A DNA stretch of 64,000 bases from Desulfatiglandales bacterium (GTDB taxonomy: Bacteria > Desulfobacterota > DSM-4660 > Desulfatiglandales > Desulfatiglandaceae). The DNA lies in contig OY759599.1 of the NCBI GenBank assembly GCA_963662465.1, positions 5,216,001-5,280,000 on the forward strand. Reading direction: 5' to 3'. The translations under genes and the position numbers were made by a program. Positions within the stretch are counted from its first letter, which is position 1, and every line of letters begins with the position of its first letter. This document shows positions 61,796-64,000 of the stretch, piece after piece. The notes under the pieces were generated by a model. That model worked only from the letters and a program-made list of their open reading frames with translations, ran no database searches and was not told where the DNA came from.

Positions 61796-62427
61796 GGAAA
61801 ATGATGGGAACGGGCTTCGGGGAATTTGCCGAAACGCTTCATGGATTCTTCCAGATATTTTTCGCAATAGGTGCAGAAGCTGAGCATGATGCGGTCGATA
61901 TCTTGAATATTTCCGGAAAAATGCATGAGACATTTCTCATCGGTGCAATGCACCATCTCAAAGAGATGACCCAGCTCATGAAGCACTATTTTTACCAGCC
62001 GTTCCAGTATTTTTGATGGCGAGGGCCGGTCTTCACGCCCTCCTTTCATCAACCGGTACATGGAGACCAACGCGAATTTTCCGCCCTCTTGGGCCTCCCC
62101 CATCACATGGGTAAAAATGGGGATAAAGAGATCCACGTTGACGATGGCGATCACCTTGACATAGGCTTCAAAATTCATGGCCTCCAATGCCCTGATAATG
62201 GTTGCTGCATTATACTGCCTTCGTCGTTCATCAAAGGCATACTGAGGGGCTTTAAGGGGCGACAGAATAATTGCGCGGCGCTTGTAATAGCGGGGAATGT
62301 GATCCGCCGCGGCATTCAGGGCCGCTTCAGGGACTTTCCCAACGGGCAAGATCGCAATGCATTGCTTTCCCGGATTTAAGGGATAGAGCATTTTAACGGG
62401 TGGCTCATTGGCCCCTTTGGAGGCCAT
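61777..62427 (-). CDS. archaemetzincin-family Zn metalloprotease
   Basis: R.QY.A, VDLF.P..T.V.GEA, HELGHLFEMVHC....CLM.FS...ID....FC..C. Confidence 0.85.
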   Translation of the reverse strand: MASKGANEPPVKMLYPLNPGKQCIAILPVGKVPEAALNAAADHIPRYYKRRAIILSPLKAPQYAFDERRRQYNAATIIRALEAMNFEAYVKVIAIVNVDLFIPIFTHVMGEAQEGGKFALVSMYRLMKGGREDRPSPSKILERLVKIVLHELGHLFEMVHCTDEKCLMHFSGNIQDIDRIMLSFCTYCEKYLEESMKRFGKFPEARSHHFPTHLNG

Positions 62428-63751
62428 ATCGCTTGATCATCTTGTGCAGGGTCACCCGGTTGATGCCTAGGATTTCAGCGGAACGGGTGACATTCCAGTC
62501 GTTTTCCATCAGGATGTCATGGACATAGTTTGTTTCCCGCTCTTTCAGGGTTCGTGCGCCATTGCGTGGGGCAGCGGATACATTCAGAAATGAGAAATTC
62601 TCAATGCCGAGAGTTCTTTTTTTAGAAAGGACAACGGCCCGTTCAAGGGCGTTTTCAAGCTCCCTGACATTGCCCGGCCAATCGTACTGTTTTAAAAACT
62701 TTTCGGCTTCCGGGGTAAGGTGGTCCACATGCTTGGTGGTTTCTCGGCTGTATTTGTTCAGAAAATGTTCGGCCAGCAGGGGAATATCCTCCTTCCTTTT
62801 CCGAAGGGGCGGCATTTGAAGGGTAATGACGTTAATCCGGTAGAAAAAATCTTCACGAAACCGGCCTGAAGACACTTCTTCCGATAGATTGCGCCGTGTT
62901 GAGGAAATCAGCCTGAAATTCACATCGATGGCGGCCCGCTCTCCGACCCGAATAATCTCCTTTTCCTCCAGCACCCGCAATAAATCCACCTGCATCTTGG
63001 GGCTGATTTCCCCAATTTCATCCAGGAAAAGGGAACCGCCCGAAGCCACTTCCAGGAAACCTTTGCGTGTCCGGTCCGCACCGGTGAAAGCCCCCTTCTG
63101 GTGGCCAAACAATTCGCTTTCCAGCAGGGTGTCGGGAAGCGCACCGCAGTTGATGGCAATGAAAGGTCCTTTGGAACGATGGCTCTTGGCATGAATGGCC
63201 TTGGCCACCAGCTCTTTTCCGGTTCCGGTCTCTCCCGTAATCAGGATGGAAGAATCGCTTTTGGCGACCTCGGGAATCAGCTCAAACAGTTCCCGCATGG
63301 GGGGCGATTGCCCGATAATATTGTCAAAACGGGTGATTTCATCCAGAAGTCCCTTCACATAGCGGTATTTGCGAGCCAGCTTCATCTGCGAAACGGTCTT
63401 TTCAATGATCAGGCCCAGCTGATCAGGTCTGAAGGGTTTCAAGAGATAATCATCGGCACCGATTTTCATGGCCTCAACCGCGGACTCCACGGAACCATAT
63501 GCGGTAATAATGATAACGATGGTATCGGGGTAGGACGCCTTTACCCGCCTCAACACCTCGATCCCATCCATTTTGGGCATCTTTATGTCCACAAAAAGGA
63601 CGTCGAAGGGGGTTTTTTCCAGTTTGTCCAAAGCCTCAAAGCCCGATGCGGCGATCTCCACAAAATGACCGGCTCTCTCAAACCAATGGTACAGGGATTC
63701 CCGAACGATCATTTCGTCGTCCACCACCATGATTTTCATTTTACCGTCCAT
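62405..63751 (-). CDS. sigma54-dependent response regulator (NtrC family)
   Basis: REC domain, GETGTGKE, ESELFGH.KGAFTGA, LFLDEIG, WPGNVREL, Fis HTH. Confidence 0.95.
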   Translation of the reverse strand: MDGKMKIMVVDDEMIVRESLYHWFERAGHFVEIAASGFEALDKLEKTPFDVLFVDIKMPKMDGIEVLRRVKASYPDTIVIIITAYGSVESAVEAMKIGADDYLLKPFRPDQLGLIIEKTVSQMKLARKYRYVKGLLDEITRFDNIIGQSPPMRELFELIPEVAKSDSSILITGETGTGKELVAKAIHAKSHRSKGPFIAINCGALPDTLLESELFGHQKGAFTGADRTRKGFLEVASGGSLFLDEIGEISPKMQVDLLRVLEEKEIIRVGERAAIDVNFRLISSTRRNLSEEVSSGRFREDFFYRINVITLQMPPLRKRKEDIPLLAEHFLNKYSRETTKHVDHLTPEAEKFLKQYDWPGNVRELENALERAVVLSKKRTLGIENFSFLNVSAAPRNGARTLKERETNYVHDILMENDWNVTRSAEILGINRVTLHKMIKRYGLQRGQ

Positions 63752-63778
63752 GAGGCCCTCCCACCACGGAGAATAACA

Positions 63779-64000
63779 CTATGGGCATACACTGGGAAAC
63801 GTCAATGTGAACGTACTCCCTTTACCGATGCGGCTCTTGACGCGAACGTTGCCCCCATGACCTTTCACCACGCCGTAGACGATGGAAAGCCCTAGACCGG
63901 TGCCCCTGCCTTCCCCCTTGCTGGTGAAAAAAGGATCAAAAATATGAGGCAGATTTTCTTCGGCAATACCACAGCCGGTGTCCGTAAATACCACCCTCAA
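63779..64000 (-). CDS. sensor histidine kinase, HATPase C-terminus (partial)
   Basis: DTGCGI...[18 protein letters not shown]...HGG...GSTF. Confidence 0.9.
   Translation of the reverse strand: MRVVFTDTGCGIAEENLPHIFDPFFTSKGEGRGTGLGLSIVYGVVKGHGGNVRVKSRIGKGSTFTLTFPSVCP

Noticed and set aside
61796..61933. Upstream half of the 92-aa ORF 61655-61933 as a real gene
   Set aside because: Alternate frame of the archaemetzincin; only the last ~45 codons look like an SBP remnant.

Overview
Bacterial chromosomal segment. The gene repertoire suggests Desulfobacterota/deltaproteobacteria (inference). Contents in order: (i) 0-10 kb: a YdbH/AsmA-like gene with a YdbL-like lipoprotein, a DUF62 SAM hydrolase, a GNAT/RHH toxin-antitoxin pair, an HNH protein, a LolA-like protein, a long HPr-fusion protein and an MscS-like channel. 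(ii) 10-24 kb: an uncharacterised cell-envelope cluster with a divergent OmpA, FlgT-N-like and LPP20/FlgP-like proteins, four lipoproteins (including TPR-SLH and GNA1162/FN3/beta-helix/TPR types), an AsmA-like protein and a TPR-SpoIID. (iii) 24-43.4 kb: the dcw cluster mraZ to ftsZ (no ddl), followed by a radical SAM gene. (iv) 43.5-49.3 kb: a secreted repeat protein and a MalT-like/BTAD regulator. (v) 49.6-57.8 kb: MBL hydrolase, a methyltransferase/Cys-rich pair, a Zn-PLC family gene, mutL, miaA, paralogs of two envelope-cluster genes, a CDP-alcohol transferase and tRNA-Val(GAC). (vi) 57.9-64 kb: a Ni/peptide ABC transporter whose binding protein survives only as a remnant, an archaemetzincin and a sigma54 two-component system. 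The most notable unexplained structures are the envelope cluster and a set of 7-bp tandem tracts at dcw gene junctions. These tracts supply stop codons and shared LAVS(H/Y) tails or new N-termini, and two of them belong to a dispersed ~90-bp element. There are also GTAG palindromes (one inside a CDS) and a triplicated FtsZ C-terminal motif. All family assignments come from motif recognition by eye; no database searches were run.
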